From NCBI GenBank assembly GCA_011109175.1, contig RDEW01000003.1, positions 2,253,991-2,317,990 of the forward strand: DNA of 64,000 nt. The letters run 5' to 3'. A program made the position numbers and the translations under genes. Every line of letters starts with the position of its first letter. Position 1 is the first letter of the stretch. Below are positions 1-13,104 of the stretch, piece after piece. This DNA comes from Dicyema japonicum. Taxonomy: Eukaryota; Animalia; Dicyemida. Below the pieces are notes generated by a model. It saw only the letters and a program-made list of their open reading frames with translations. It was not told the origin of the DNA and searched no databases.

Positions 1-329
1 TGTATTTTAGCTGTACATGTATGGGGTCGTATGGAATGAACTGCGAGATAGTCCTTAGGACTAGGGTCTCAAAAGGAATAGGATCTATCATGGAGGCATA
101 AAACTTCTTTAGAGTTCAGCTACTAAGAACTGGAATTCCATGAATTTCTTTAAACGTGTTTTATCAAGGTTCCGAGAACCGACCCACTTCTTTATGTGAG
201 AGTAACCTTTAGGAATTTGGAAGGTGTCAACAGCGCCTTCATTAAAATGTCTAATAATTATTTATTATGATAAATAACTTTATTAATTTTATTATGAAAT
301 ATTAAAATATATAGGATATTACTGAGTCA

Positions 330-1290
330 ATGGTTTGTTGGTAATTATGATCGTTTAGAACTTCATATTATTCCACTCAAAGAGACTTGCTTCCACAAAT
401 CTTAAAATATATAGATTTGTACTTCATAATCTTTAACCTTAGATTCCAAACTCCAAAAATTCTGCCCCAAAAATGCAGTCCTTTACAATCGACAGTGAAA
501 AGTACAAAATATATACTCAATAAGATGTGGCCCAATGGTCTTAGATGCACTCATTAAGATTAAAGCAGAACAAGATCCCTCACTTACCTTCCGCCGGTCT
601 TGCAGAGAGGGCATTTGTGGATCCTGTGCCATGAACATTAATGGACAGAATACTCTGGCCTGTATTTGGTATATACTTGGGTAACCTCTTAGTAAGCTTG
701 AACCTAACAAAGTCACCAAAATTTTCCCGCTTCCTCACATGTACGTTATTAAAGACCTCGTTGTGGTATTTATGTTTAATGATTGTTTACAGGACATGAA
801 TAACTTTTATGCTCAGTACAAGTCTATAGAACCTTGGTTACAGCGAAAGGACCTTCAAGATGAGTCCAAAATAGGACTCAGAGATCTTCTGCAGAGTGTA
901 CCTGATAGAAGCAAACTGGATGGGTTATATGAGTGTATTCTATGTGCATGTTGTTCTACTTCCTGTCCATCCTACTGGTGGAATGGGGACAAATATCCCG
1001 GACCTGCAGCTTTCTTACAGGCTTATCGGTATGTGACTGTTTTTTATGACTAGATGGGTAGTTGACTCTAGGGATGACAATTATAAAGAACGTATTGACA
1101 AGTTGGCTCACTCTTTTGGTCTGTACACGTGTCATACTATAATGAATTGTACCCAAACCTGTCCTAAGGTTATTTGGTTGTGATTAATAAACAGGGACTG
1201 ATGCCTGGAAAGGCTATTTCTGAGTTGAAGAGACTGGCTGCTAATTTGACAGAAAAGACCTCAACAGAACCGATAGCCACGACTAATTAG
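330..1290 (+). CDS. SDHB: Succinate dehydrogenase iron-sulfur subunit, 6 micro-introns
   Basis: Spliced translation [86 protein letters not shown] introns of 23-27 nt, e.g. 333-358, 419-442, 502-524, 766-792. Stop TAG ends at 1290. Confidence 0.97.
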
Positions 1291-2348
1291 TTACTAATGT
1301 TGGATTTCCTTACAACTCTTCACTAATATGCACTTATATATCTGTATTAATTCAAGTGTAAAATTATCAATGTGTGTTTTGGTTATCTGTGGTATATTTT
1401 TTATAATCGGTCAATTAATAGGCTAAGAAGTCTAAGGAAAGATGTACGAAGAGTTCCTGGCCTATTGTTGCCGAGGTAACTAGATATAAGCGGGAAATTA
1501 CTTTTTCTTAAGGGAGCGTCTGGCTACACTCAAAAGTTCGTGAAACCCAATGACTCCTTAGTTGACCTCCGTTACTATTGTTAGAAGCAACAGTGTAGAT
1601 ACTTATATAAAGGAGACCTTCCTTCTGGGAAGTTACGTGATTGTAGCAATCATCATGGGATAGTAACGCTGTAGATATAATCTCGGTTTAATGCGGGTCT
1701 AAGATGTATGCTTAGTCAACAAACTGCTGACGGCCTTGTCGATCAGTTCATATTCGCAGGGTTCCACATTAAAAGTCCAGTAGTTGTACGAGGCAACTCA
1801 TTTATTAATTCCGGATACACCGAGAAAGATGTTAAAAGTTAGCAACTAGATGTATCCAGATCCCACGGTCCCAGAAGTAGAGTCCTTCCAATACAAGTTC
1901 ATCCAGAACAAACGGAAAGAAAAGAACACATCCAGTCTTTTCAGTTATGGAAACCCCTCCAGTAAAATGGGGGAGAGAAAGTGATCATCCCGGCGCTGAG
2001 CGTCACGTGAGCAGGTGTACCATATGACGCCACTCTATTAGAACGAAAGAAGATGAGGAACAGAAAAAAAGAAGAGAAACCAACCTAGTAACAAATGGGG
2101 TAATCGAACAGGACCAATTCCTATAGTAAAATTCCTAGCCATCAATCTACCTGGTCTTTGAATCGTTCAAATCATTATGGAATTCTTTTGAGTGTTCACG
2201 GTTATCACAATAATAACGAAAAACGCCCCTTTAACATTTTCACTCGATTTTCTACCAATTTCTCTGCGAAAATTCCACAGTTTAAATCAGTTTTGCCTTA
2301 ATGATGGTCCAGCAATAGAGTCATTAAGATTTGTTAGATCACTAATGA

Positions 2349-2470
2349 GAGGGCGATTTTTGTCAATGAAGTCAAAAATTCATATGTTCTTTAAAATTGT
2401 TTAAAATTTATCAAAATGTAAATTTTAATCAAAAAATATTATATAAATCAAAAGTTTTTTTTTAAACGAA
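2349..2470 (+). mobile_element. Left end of a hAT-family element (same family as 42361-43175), interrupted by a CRE insertion
   Basis: agggcgatttttgtcaatgaagtcaaaaattcatatgttctttaaaattgtttaaa is near-identical to the start of 42361. Confidence 0.75.
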
Positions 2471-4540
2471 ATAATTTTTTTTAACAATTAAAAAAATGTC
2501 AGTTGAGGAAGCCTGCTGCGTGGATTGCGAACGAGTTCCCTCGGAGTATGGCTATTCCAATCTTTTGTCTTAGCCATTACCCTTCTCGTTGATCCCTTTT
2601 CTTTCTGGCAAGCAATCCTCCGAGTTCTTGCAAGAACTCAACCGTAATTGGACCATCGGCTCCCGATGATTCGGTCGCAACATGAGTAAATCGGTAGAGG
2701 TCCCCGAGGCAAGAATATTTCTTGATTTTTAGGTTCTCTGAGGTCGAAGCGGCAGCTCCAAGTGTTTGAACCAATCTGTAGATATTCGTGCTTGAGAACG
2801 TGTCTACACAAGTTGCGTCTCAGACCAAAGATCTACCAGACGTGAAGGGGAAAAGGGTCATCCCGTCAGGTCTCTTTCCATCTCCTCGAACATCGTTCAA
2901 AGCAGCATGACGTGGTCCCTTCCGGCGCTTCTCTGCAGGACAGCGGGTGCAATCCCTTCGCATCGACTATTTTCCCGCATCGGCATCGGTGCTCCTGGCA
3001 AGCGTCTAGTCCCAGCCTTTGTCCGATTCCAATCTTCAAAGAATCGTCGTCCAAAATAGTCCCTAGGTTTGGGAAAGGTATTGCACCAAGCCATGCTCCA
3101 CTCCCTCCACTTGAAGCTGACACTAAACAAGCAAGACGATGTTGATTTGCTTCTTTTTTAAGGTCTTCCAAAATTTTGGAGCAGACAATGTTATCCCAAT
3201 TACTTTGCTTCGTTGTGTCTTTGGAGATTTTGAGTCCGGACCCGTTCCATTTCCGACAAGCTTCGTCAAATGACTCATTCCAGCGAAGTCCAATAGTGTT
3301 ATGAAGGACTTGCCGTATCAAATGGCTGCAGCTTGAGAGAGACGATAGATATGCCGGGTACGCGACCTCCAGCGCCGATCTTAGACCGACACCCCCAAAT
3401 CCAGAGGAAAGCTTACATTGCTTCCAACCAAGTTCGTCGAAGCGGACGTTAATTAGTGACTCAACAGTTTGTTTGAGAGATTGTCTATCGAAAGTAGACT
3501 GTCGTATTGTTCGTAGCAGGGAACATCGGAGTAGATATAAAAGCTTGGGTAGTCCGATGTTGTTTCTCATCAGGAAGAAGATGTGTGAGAGTCGAGACAT
3601 GACAATCCTTTCGCAAGGCGTGTTAATTCTTCATTTTTGAAAAGTAGATGGTTCTTGAGTTCTTCTTCGCTGAGTGGGCCGAGGAAATATAATTTATCAA
3701 CTGGCACAGTCAGGATCCCAGGAAGCAGTTCATTAAAAGACTCCTTGATAGAGAGGAAGTCGGTGCATGGATATGAGACATTTATTAGCTCTGATTTGTT
3801 ATTTAAAGCGGGTAACGCTGTACGTAATGAATTGTATGTTTCCTTGAACGATCCTCCAATTGTGGCATCATCGAGGTACCAGAAATTTAGCTGAGCGTCA
3901 ATTGACCTCACAACATCATCAATTGTCAGGGTAAATAAGAGAGGTCCGAGCGGATCTCCTTGTTGGACACCCGTTTTTGATTTAATAATTTCATTTTCAA
4001 AAACCAAAGACGTATCTTCCCCATATGATAAATTGACAAGAGGGAAAAGCTTTGGAGCCCTCTTCCAACACGTTTTCATAATTTCATCTTCTGAGAGAAT
4101 TGAAGGCATTCGTTATGTCCAACTTGATTCCAATGCATTCATCTTAAATATTTTTCTGTGTGAAGAAACGTCTTCCTGCATGAACCGTAGCCTCACATCC
4201 GTTCTGGATACTAACACCCATTTGTTTAGGAAAGAACTCCTCTCCGAGTTGTCGGCTCACCAGGGTCGATGCTACTTTTGCTGCAAGTCTTCTAAAATAG
4301 TTCCCGACAGCAATGGGGCGGATTCCTCCGTTGGGTTTTTTGAAAGCAAGTAGCCTTGCGGAGAAAAGCAATTCTCTGGCATATTCTGGGATGTCGCCGT
4401 TAACCATTTTTCTGATTAGGTCCGTAATTGATTTGACAAGACAGCGTCCAGCTTCCAAGGTGTAAGTGGACGTAAGGTCCTTAATATGGCCAGGACGTAA
4501 CCCTTCCAAGCCTCCACCGCTGCTAGCGGCGAAGCTCCAC
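2471..4540 (-). mobile_element. 5'-truncated, frameshifted CRE-clade non-LTR retrotransposon (RT + RLE endonuclease)
   Basis: GGIRPIAVGNYFRRLAAK, GVQQGDPLGPLLF, WYLDDATIGG, GAWLGAIP, CRCG..GLHPLSC, RPDG, and C-terminal WLRQKIGIAILRGN. Stop at 2499-2501. Confidence 0.9.
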
Positions 4541-5060
4541 AAATCAAAAAAGTCAAAATTCATTTTTAAGTCAAAATTTTTATTGATTTTAGTTTAAGGG
4601 TTTTTGAATAAAATAGTAACGCGTTAAGCCGCGTTCATTCAGGAAGGTCATTGTAAAGGTTAAGACCTAGAAAATATTCTGATGAATTTTCCATCAACAG
4701 CTTTTTATTGAATCTTTCGTCTAATAAACATTTCGCACTACCGGGTTTATCATTTTATTACTATTTCACAGGCCGCATTGTGATTTTCTTATTACATCTA
4801 CCGACCTGAGGATCAATGAGGTCACTAATGCTTACTCGAATATGATTTTCTTTGCAAAGGTTGAACATTAAAGTTTACAAAACTTGTTGGAAGCATCGGA
4901 TATCGTTTTACTTCCTTACATGCAAAAGTGTAGAAAATTTATGGCACATGTAACTTGACCGAAGCTATTTTTAGTCTTTTCATGCATTTATTACGGAGTT
5001 GGAAAAATTGGTTTGATCTACGAAATCGATATATGTGTGAATAAAAATAAATTTCTTCCA
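4541..5060 (+). mobile_element. Continuation of the hAT-family element after the CRE insertion
   Basis: aagtcaaaa subterminal repeats; 4900-5010 aligns by eye with 42470-42580. Confidence 0.6.
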
Positions 5061-5389
5061 TAAAAACAGAAAATTTTATTGAAATTATCTACCAAAATAA
5101 TCTAGATTTTCTGTTAATAATTTTTGTATTACAAGTTGCGGACTCATAATGTGCAATCTGTAGAGAGAACACCATGGTCCAAATTAAGGTAGACAGTGTT
5201 ATCCGTACCTCGGTGCTTATATCTTGAAAAAAGGACAAGTAAAATGCATCAAGAAATTTCAAAAATTCGAAATTAAAAAGTTTTGTCCAGAAATTTTTGC
5301 AAAAACTTAAGTGTCTTGGAACAACTATTTTGGTAGTAAACATTAACTTCACTAAATTAACAAATCTTTAATAAAGTCATTCATATTTA

Positions 5390-5510
5390 AGCTCATCGCG
5401 AAGAGGAAGAATTATCGAGAGAAAGGAGCTGGCTATTTGAGAACGCATTTCCTTGCAAATCGTCAGAGGAAGGCGTTTTCAATTATGAGAGCAGCCAGCA
5501 GTTGTTAATG
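5390..5510 (+). mobile_element. CRE 3'-end fragment
   Basis: gcatttccttgcaaatcgtcagagg..atgagagcagccagcag resembles 29755-29820 (RISLQIVRGN). Confidence 0.65.
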
Positions 5511-5884
5511 TTATTTTTTGGCTAAATAAAGATCCCTTTACTATTTTTTAAATCTTTTAAGGTCATATTTCAATCATTTTAGGTCATATTTGTGGTTGCC
5601 ATAGTAATGACTGTTTGCTGGGCTTACCAATGATTGTAAGTCTGGGTTTCAAAAGCAATTTCCAAAAAAAACTCGTACATATTTAAAAATAAACTTTTTA
5701 AATGCGGTTATTCCACTTCAATTATTAGGGAATAGTTATACAAAAAGCTATTCCTTAAATTTAATAATTATGTCCCTCAATTGCAGCACTCCAAAAAATA
5801 TACATAAACTTTATGATCTTCATATTAGTGAACTAACTATCACAAGTTTTGCAAGAGAACTAGCTAAAGCCTTTTTAAAAATCG

Positions 5885-6175
5885 ATGCTCAGAATTTTAT
5901 TAAGATCGTCGAAAAAGACGTCCACCTCGTTACTGCGGAGAACACTAAACGTCTCCCAATCATGGAATACCTTAAGGAACGTCACCTGGACTTCCTCAAG
6001 ATGGCAAAGTCCCCTGACCATCCCATCGGACCGCACATCAGACTATATATGGACGCCTGCCCGAGATATGAGAAGAAACCTTCCCCGCTGTTGAGATTAA
6101 TCCAGGAATCAAAAAACTAACTGCAGGAAAAGGACTGGTATGGACCCTGGGATCACTTATTTAGACGATAAACAG
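5885..6175 (+). mobile_element. 3' fragment of a Vingi-like LINE subfamily
   Basis: Aligns with 50160-50440; ends in the ctgggatcactta 3' motif shared with 59466. Confidence 0.7.
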
Positions 6176-6239
6176 AAGATTATGATGTTACTTTAGTTTC
6201 GAAAGAACTTATTCCAAAGGACGACAAGTAAAGGTCAAC

Positions 6240-7503
6240 ACGTCCGAAAAGAACCTCATATTTTATTTGATCATATGATGTTGGTCGCTCCCATAGATCG
6301 GTCAGTTCCGGCATTGTGGAGAAACGTTGCGCCAATTCATGATATTGAAATAGGTGACTTGTTGTCAGCACGTGGAGGTTGCGAAAGGGGCAGAGTAGAT
6401 CATGTTGGTAGATATGGGTGGTGCCCACATCGTAGACGAGCCAGATTTACTCGGACGTCCCTTGGAAGAGAGGATTCTGATTGGTCTATTGGAGGAGGGT
6501 GTCGCTGTAATATTTTATGTCTCCGAGTCTTCGGATGCTTCTTCGTAGAAACAAAATCGTGTATCTGTTTCAGACGACTCCTGTCATTGGGGATGGAAGG
6601 GATGGATGATAACATTCGAGACAGGTCACTGGTTGACAATAATTTTTTTTGCGGTTTACATAGGGAGTGGCAGGGATGTTCTAGACTGTAGGCTTGGGAG
6701 AGGAACTGCAGGGCTCTCATTTCCAGATGGTCTCCAATTGGAAGGATCTTAGACCACCAATGTAGATGATCGACAGGAGTTGATCTGAGACATCCAGTAA
6801 TTATCCTGAGCGCGATGTTTTGTACTTTTTGTAGTTTGTCAATGGAAGTAAGAGAGGCAGAGGTTGACCAGCAAGGGCTTGCATGGTTAATAGTTGTTCG
6901 AATGAATTGTTTATGATGGTTAGGGCTTCTTTGCTTTGGCCAAAGGAATGGCCTGACATAGCTTTAAGTATGTTGATCTTGTGAGAGGCCTTTGTACATT
7001 GTTCCTCCACATGTTTAGAGAAAGTTAGTAGTTGGTCATAATAACTCCAAGTATTTTGGGATGTTTCGTAACGGTGAGTGGTTGTCCATGAATTGTTGAA
7101 AATTTAGTTGGCGGTGGTTGAACGTGAATACAGTGACGGTGGATTTCGATGAAAGGGGGATGGGTGGTTTGCTCCAAGCCACTCATCAAGAGTGTTCAAG
7201 TGGTTCTGAACATCCTCCGTTGCTTCGTTAACGTCTATGTCTTTAGAGGCAATAATCAGGTCATCCGCATACAATAGAAGTGTCTTGGAATTGGTTGGAA
7301 TGTCGCTTAGGTGCAAGTTGAATACGGTAGGTGACAAAACGGAGCCTTGGGGAACTCCATTTGGAAGGAGTCTGTAGTGAGATAGACATGACATAATTTT
7401 CAGCTCGACTTGACATAATTTCAATTCTTCCAGAGAGGAAATTTGTTAGCCAATTCTGAAGACGTGGAGGAATTCGAGATGTAAGAATTTTGTTACTTAG
7501 CAC
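6240..7503 (-). mobile_element. Degenerate 5'-truncated Ingi/I-group LINE (RT and C-terminus)
   Basis: WLTNFLSGR, NGVPQGSVLSPTVFNLHLSDIP, LLLYADDLII, ESSLPRDVRVNLARLRCGHHPYL spread over frameshifted ORFs. Confidence 0.85.
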
Positions 7504-7643
7504 GCGCCTTGATGTTCGATCAAACGCCTATTGTTGGTTAAATAAAGTGGAGTTTATTGTTTAGGTTAATTTTAATTAATTTAATTTAAGTGTTATATTT
7601 TCTAGAAAAAAAATAAATAAATAAAATAAATATTTGTGGTGCA

Positions 7644-8566
7644 ATGTCAAGGTACGCGGAAGAAATCTCTAAAAAGGTAAACCATAGAGTATTATTTAGG
7701 CCGATCTTTTGTTGAAATCAAAAATAAGATTGAGAATAGAAAGTATCAACGACTTCCTTAAGGTTATATGTAATCAACAATTAGTCTCCTCTTATGGACA
7801 AAAGGAGGGACATAACGGTGGACATTAACATTCCGACACCTGAGATGATGTTTCTCCTGAAGGCATAATATTTCTTATTGTAGAAGTCAGAACTACCAAT
7901 CATGGGGGACAATTACTCTGATGGTGTACAAAACAGTGACAACTCTAATGATGATTTCATTAACTGCGATAATAAGGTTGTTGCCCATGGAAACCACGAT
8001 GATGTTGTAATATCCAACAAAAAGGATAAGTTAATGTGGCTGCTTCCCTCAGGGACTGTTTCCTCCAACCACAAGCTAGCAGAAATATTTGACATCTTCC
8101 TTAAATTCAACAAGAAGTTCACGAAAGACATGAATACTGTAGTACACGTGCTTATTGGTAGTTAAAAATGTGGATAACTCTTCTGATTCCACGAATTGAG
8201 GATGGCAATAACTTTGGTGTTGGAGTCCAGGTAGTGTTTATGTTCACTGTAGGATGCTGTCATTGAGAAAATAAAGCAGTTTGAACACATTGGCACCCGA
8301 CAATTTGATGTAGTCTACCGATTCCCTTTGGGACGTGGACGTATTGTGGAGAAGATTGCTAACTTTCCATTTATTGAGGATTATAGGACTCATCTGAGTA
8401 GCTTTGATAAAAGAAATTATTTTAATTTGAGGGATACCTTAAAATTACTTAGGGATAATTATGTAATTGTTATTATTATTTGTAGGAAATTGTTTTGGAT
8501 TTGATTAATAAGAATATAACTAAATTGAGGGTTCCTAGAGTAACCCACACTGACTCTATGTTCTGA
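7644..8566 (+). CDS. PSME3: Proteasome activator PA28-gamma/REG, 6 micro-introns
   Basis: Spliced translation includes DINIPTPE, LKMWITLLIPRIEDGNNFGVGVQ, KIANFPFIEDYR, DLINKNITKLRVPR. Introns 21-23 nt, one GC-AG (7863-7883). Largely missed by the ORF track. Confidence 0.93.
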
Positions 8567-9699
8567 TCGTTCTCACTAATATTATCTTTACTTCATCCAT
8601 TTTCACCTTCTCCTTAGTAAGAGTCGATAAATTGCTAGCAGTAATTTGATGTAATCTCTGTCGAGAGAAATGTTATCTTGGGGTTAAATGGCTAATCTGG
8701 TGGATATCTAATAATATCAATTTCACTAACCTTATCAATTTGTTGCCGGTTAAGAGTCAGAGATGTGTGTAATGTGATTTGTGTAATCTCTGTGCAGTGG
8801 AGTTTTATCTTTAGGGTTTTAGTGGCTAATCTCGTGGATATTATAAAAGCGTTATTTTAATCTGTGCATCTAAATAATCTCTTTTATGGTGTTAGGTTGA
8901 TTTAGGTTTTGTTATTTGTTTATCTATTTACCCCGGTCCCTATAAGTGAAGAAAACTGGTGGTAAAGTAACTAACAAATGGGACGCTCCCAACCAGATTT
9001 GTTACTATTTTTCGTTCAACTTTTTTATCCTCATATAAACCTTGATCGCAAAGTGATCTTTTTCAATCGTTCGGGCAATCATTCGACTTCCACTAGTTTA
9101 TTGATGCGAAGGGTGGTTTTTCACTTAGAGGAAAGAAAGGATCATACTACTACCAAAATAAAGTAAAATTCCCCCAAATTCCCTCTTTAATTGAAACCCA
9201 ATACGAAACTGAGTATGAATCAAGAGATGCTTTAAAAACGGCTTGATAGAGTGTGGAGGAGAGGATGCTTGACATCAAGCAAGAGAGATGTCTATATGAA
9301 ACCGGTTTTCCCGATTAAGAATGAGGGATAAAGTCGTCAAGTTGGAAAGAACCCACCCTGGCTATGACTTTTTGCAATCTTTTTTTGCTATGGCTAAATG
9401 ACAATGACTATCATTAAAATTCTAGAGAAATGTCACGAGTATGTCCTTTTACTGGGAGGTTTAGCTTCTTTAAGACTCCCGATTATTAGTATTGCAGTGC
9501 TATTGGATGTTGCATTGAAGACTAATCTTGGTTGTATGCCGTGGAATTATGCTATTGACAGTTCACTTATTGTTTTAACCGATTTATTGAATTGCCATGA
9601 CCTCACTAACACGTAAAAGCGCGGCTGCTATAGTGGTCAGCTGAGAGTGTTGGGAGCTCCCACAAGCTTCTTAGAACCATTGGGGTGCTGGTAGGTTAA

Positions 9700-11085
9700 A
9701 AGTTGGATTAATAATACGATCAAGCTGCTTAGTTCGAATGAAGACAAAATTCAGATCTATTCCGGAGGCGGAAATGTCCGGAGTGGAGTTGTGACAACTT
9801 TATTAGCAAGGAAAAATTAAAGAGGGAGTTATTTGGCCTCATGTCGCTAGTCCTGCAAACGCTTGGACTCTTCTCTGCGCTCTCAGACCCCTCTTATCGA
9901 TGATTCTATGCTGCAACATACGAGTCAATGATGGCATCTCTTTTTAGGAAGTTTTCCATCCTTTTTTCTGCTGCATCTCTTATCGACAGTACTAGTAAAT
10001 TTTCACCTAGCTTCTCGTCGAGCCTTTTGTGTAGGGAAATCCTGATCCTTGCTCTCCTCGATTTTTCAAGAAGCTATATAAAACGCTCTCTGTATGCAGT
10101 GTGGTACCATCCTTCCAGTCCATAGAGGAGTTATGAAATGATCGTACGTGAAAAAAATAAATAAAACATATCCGTTTCGAGTCTCAATTTCCTCATACAC
10201 AATAACGCATGGTGGGCCTTCTTCCTTTTGAGTTTAAAATCGCACAATGTGATCCCAGATTTCTCAAAAGCTGTTCCGAGATACTTCAGGGAGCTCACAA
10301 TGTTGATTCCGCACATGGAGTCTTTCTGATTTCCTTTACCATTCCCCGAAGGACCTCATTGCACTAGATTTTTCTTCTGACACTTTTAACCCATGAAGAC
10401 CACACCACTCTTTTATCTCTTCCATACACATTGAGTCTCCTCTCTGAGATCATGCTAGATCTCGACACATCAGACAGTAGCACGTCGTTTGGTGTAGACG
10501 GAGACGGGAAACCGGCCATTAGAATAGCGCCCGCATCTAACATAAAATTTTCTTCCTTCTAGGTACACTTTCACCCAATTCACTAGTTCCTTTGGGCTCC
10601 CCGTCCGAGATAACTGACCGATTATGGCTCTGTGATTAACACTGTCAAATGCTTTTGATATGTCAAGACACATGACATTAAGGAGACATTTGGATTCTCT
10701 GGATTTGCATAACTCGGAGGTGGATGAAATAAGCAATCACCGCATGACCGTCCTGGGCGAAAACCAAATTGATAATTTCTGAAGTAGTCTTCTTTTTCCA
10801 GCTGATTTCTAAGCTTCCAGAAGATAATTTTTTCTATAATTTTTGAAATTGACCGAATCAGGCTGATCAGGCGATAGTTAGCAAGATCATTCTTCGGTCT
10901 TCCTGTCTTCGCTACCATCCGTACAATAGTCTTTTCCATTCGTGTGGAACATGACCAATTTTGATGCATGCGTTGAAAATATCTTTGAGAACTTCGAATA
11001 AAATTTATGGGCCTTCATTGAACATCCTAGTCTTGATGAAATCACTGCCCGGAGCTTTATTCTTGACAGCTCTTATTGCTATCTT
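9700..11085 (-). mobile_element. Degenerate APE-type LINE reverse transcriptase
   Basis: NKAPGSD, NYRLISLIRSISKIIEK, YQFGFRPGRS, CLDISKAFDSVNH, SSLKYLG. The 3' boundary is approximate. Confidence 0.8.
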
Positions 11086-11086
11086 C

Positions 11087-13020
11087 AGGGAGGTGGAATA
11101 CGCCCTATTGCAGTCGGAATGGTCTTCCGTCGATTGGCATCAAAGCTTGTATGTAGAGCAATCCTACCTACGCTGATAACACAGCTGCAACCAACCCAAA
11201 TAGGGGTCGGCACACCGGGGGTTGTGAAGCGGCAGTTCATGCTGTCCGAACATTCACCGAAAAGAACGTGAACATTCCTCACGTAATCGTCAAAATTGAC
11301 ATTAAAAATGCCTTCAACTCGATACGACGTGATACAATTCTGGAGGATTGCTTCACATACTACCCATCAGTGTACAGCTATATTCATAGTTCGTACGGAA
11401 AACCATCCAGTCTGGTACATGGCCAATATTACATTCCATCGTCTTCTGGAGTCCAACAAGGAGACCCACTGGGGCCCGCCTTGTTCAGCCTGGGAATTGC
11501 CCGTATCACAGGATACTGCTCCACTCCTCTGAGAGTATGGTATTTGGATGATTGCACCATGGGCGGCCATCCGAAGGATGTACTAGATTGTTTGAAAAGT
11601 CTGATAGTACAATTGGAATCCCTATGCCTAACTCTAAACACCAATAAGTGTGAAGTAACCAATTTTGGATTTCCACAGTCTGAATGGGATCTGATCCTTG
11701 GTATGTTCAGAGAGATCATTCCGAAAGCCACAGAAACCAAATCAGAAGAACTGGAAATACTTGGATGCCCTCTTACTGATGCTGGAATCAGTAACACTCT
11801 AAGAACAAAAGAACATCAACTAAAAACAACATTCAGACGTCTGGAGATGCTGGACGCACACACCTCCCTATTCCTCCTGAGAAACGCCTTATCAGCACAG
11901 AAACTGAACTACGTTCTTCGGGGGGCACCCTGCTACTTGAAAATGCAACAGCTCGATGCTATCGATTCCCTCTTCCGGAGTACTATTGAACGTATCACAA
12001 ATGTGAAATTTGACGACCAAGGGTGGGACCAAGCGACCCTACCCGTTAGCCTGGGCGGACTGGGAATCCCTTCAACGAAAGATCTGGCTTGCCCTGCTTA
12101 TCTATCCTCTTTGGGCTCCAGCCGACTGCTGGTCAGGATGATTCTCCAACTCCAAACAGAATCATCTGAAATCACAGAGATGGAGCATTTGAAGGGGATG
12201 ATGCCTGAGCAGAAAGATCGTTACAGGACCATCTGCGAGGATAAATATGAGAGGCTTCTGAACCAATCAAACCAACACAGACGTGCATGTCTAGTCACTG
12301 GAAGATGCGAATCGAGTGGCGCATGGATCAATGCACTCCCAGTTGGCAGTGTCGGGACCCATCTTGACGACGATACTGTCCGCATCGGCATCTCCACCAG
12401 ACTTGGACTGGAGATTTGCCGGACCCACAAATGCCGATGTGGCGCAACCGTCGATTGTTATGGACTCCATGCCCTCTCTTGTCGAAGGAGTGCAGGACGA
12501 TTCCCAAGACACAAGGCGATCAACGGAATTGTCAAGCGAGCCCTGGAGTCTGCGGGATACCCAGCCATACTAGAACCTGTTGGTCTGGACAGAGGAGACG
12601 GAAAACGTCCCGACGGGATCACAATTTTCCCATTCGAAGAGGGGAAACCTTTGGTCTGGGACGCTACTTGTGTCGACACGCTTTGCCCGTCCAACATTGT
12701 CGGGAGCGCGGTAGACACACTGTATTCCGCGGAAAAAACGATGATGGCAAAGGAGAAGAAGTACGAAGCGCTACGCGACCGATTCGCGTTTTATCCGATA
12801 GTGGTCGAGACAACTGGAGGAATAAGTGGAAAATCGCTTCGCTTCCTAAAGAAACTTGGACGCTTAGCTACACTAAAAAGCCACGACGCACGTGAGACCC
12901 GGTGGCTACTCCAGTTGATCTCTGTTGCAATCGTGAGAGGCAACGCAACGCCGATAATGTCGGCGGGGTCCACTTTGGATGGATGGCAGTTTTAAATATG
13001 CTTTACTGGGGATAAATTAA
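11087..13020 (+). mobile_element. 5'-truncated CRE-clade non-LTR retrotransposon with a 575-aa open RT-RLE frame
   Basis: GGIRPIAVG, KIDIKNAFNSIRRD, GVQQGDPLGPALF, WYLDDCTMGG, CRCG..GLHALSC..RH, EPVGLDRGDGKRPDGIT, WDATCVDT, PIVVETTG. Confidence 0.93.
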
Positions 13021-13104
13021 CTGATTATTTTATATATTTATTTTATTCGTGATTTAAAGTTAATAAATCTCAAATAAATATTAATAATATAATTGTTAAC
13101 TAAA

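Noticed and set aside
11296-12973. Many overlapping and antisense ORFs over the CRE and Vingi elements
   Set aside because: Shadow frames of GC-richer RT coding sequence with no motifs of their own.
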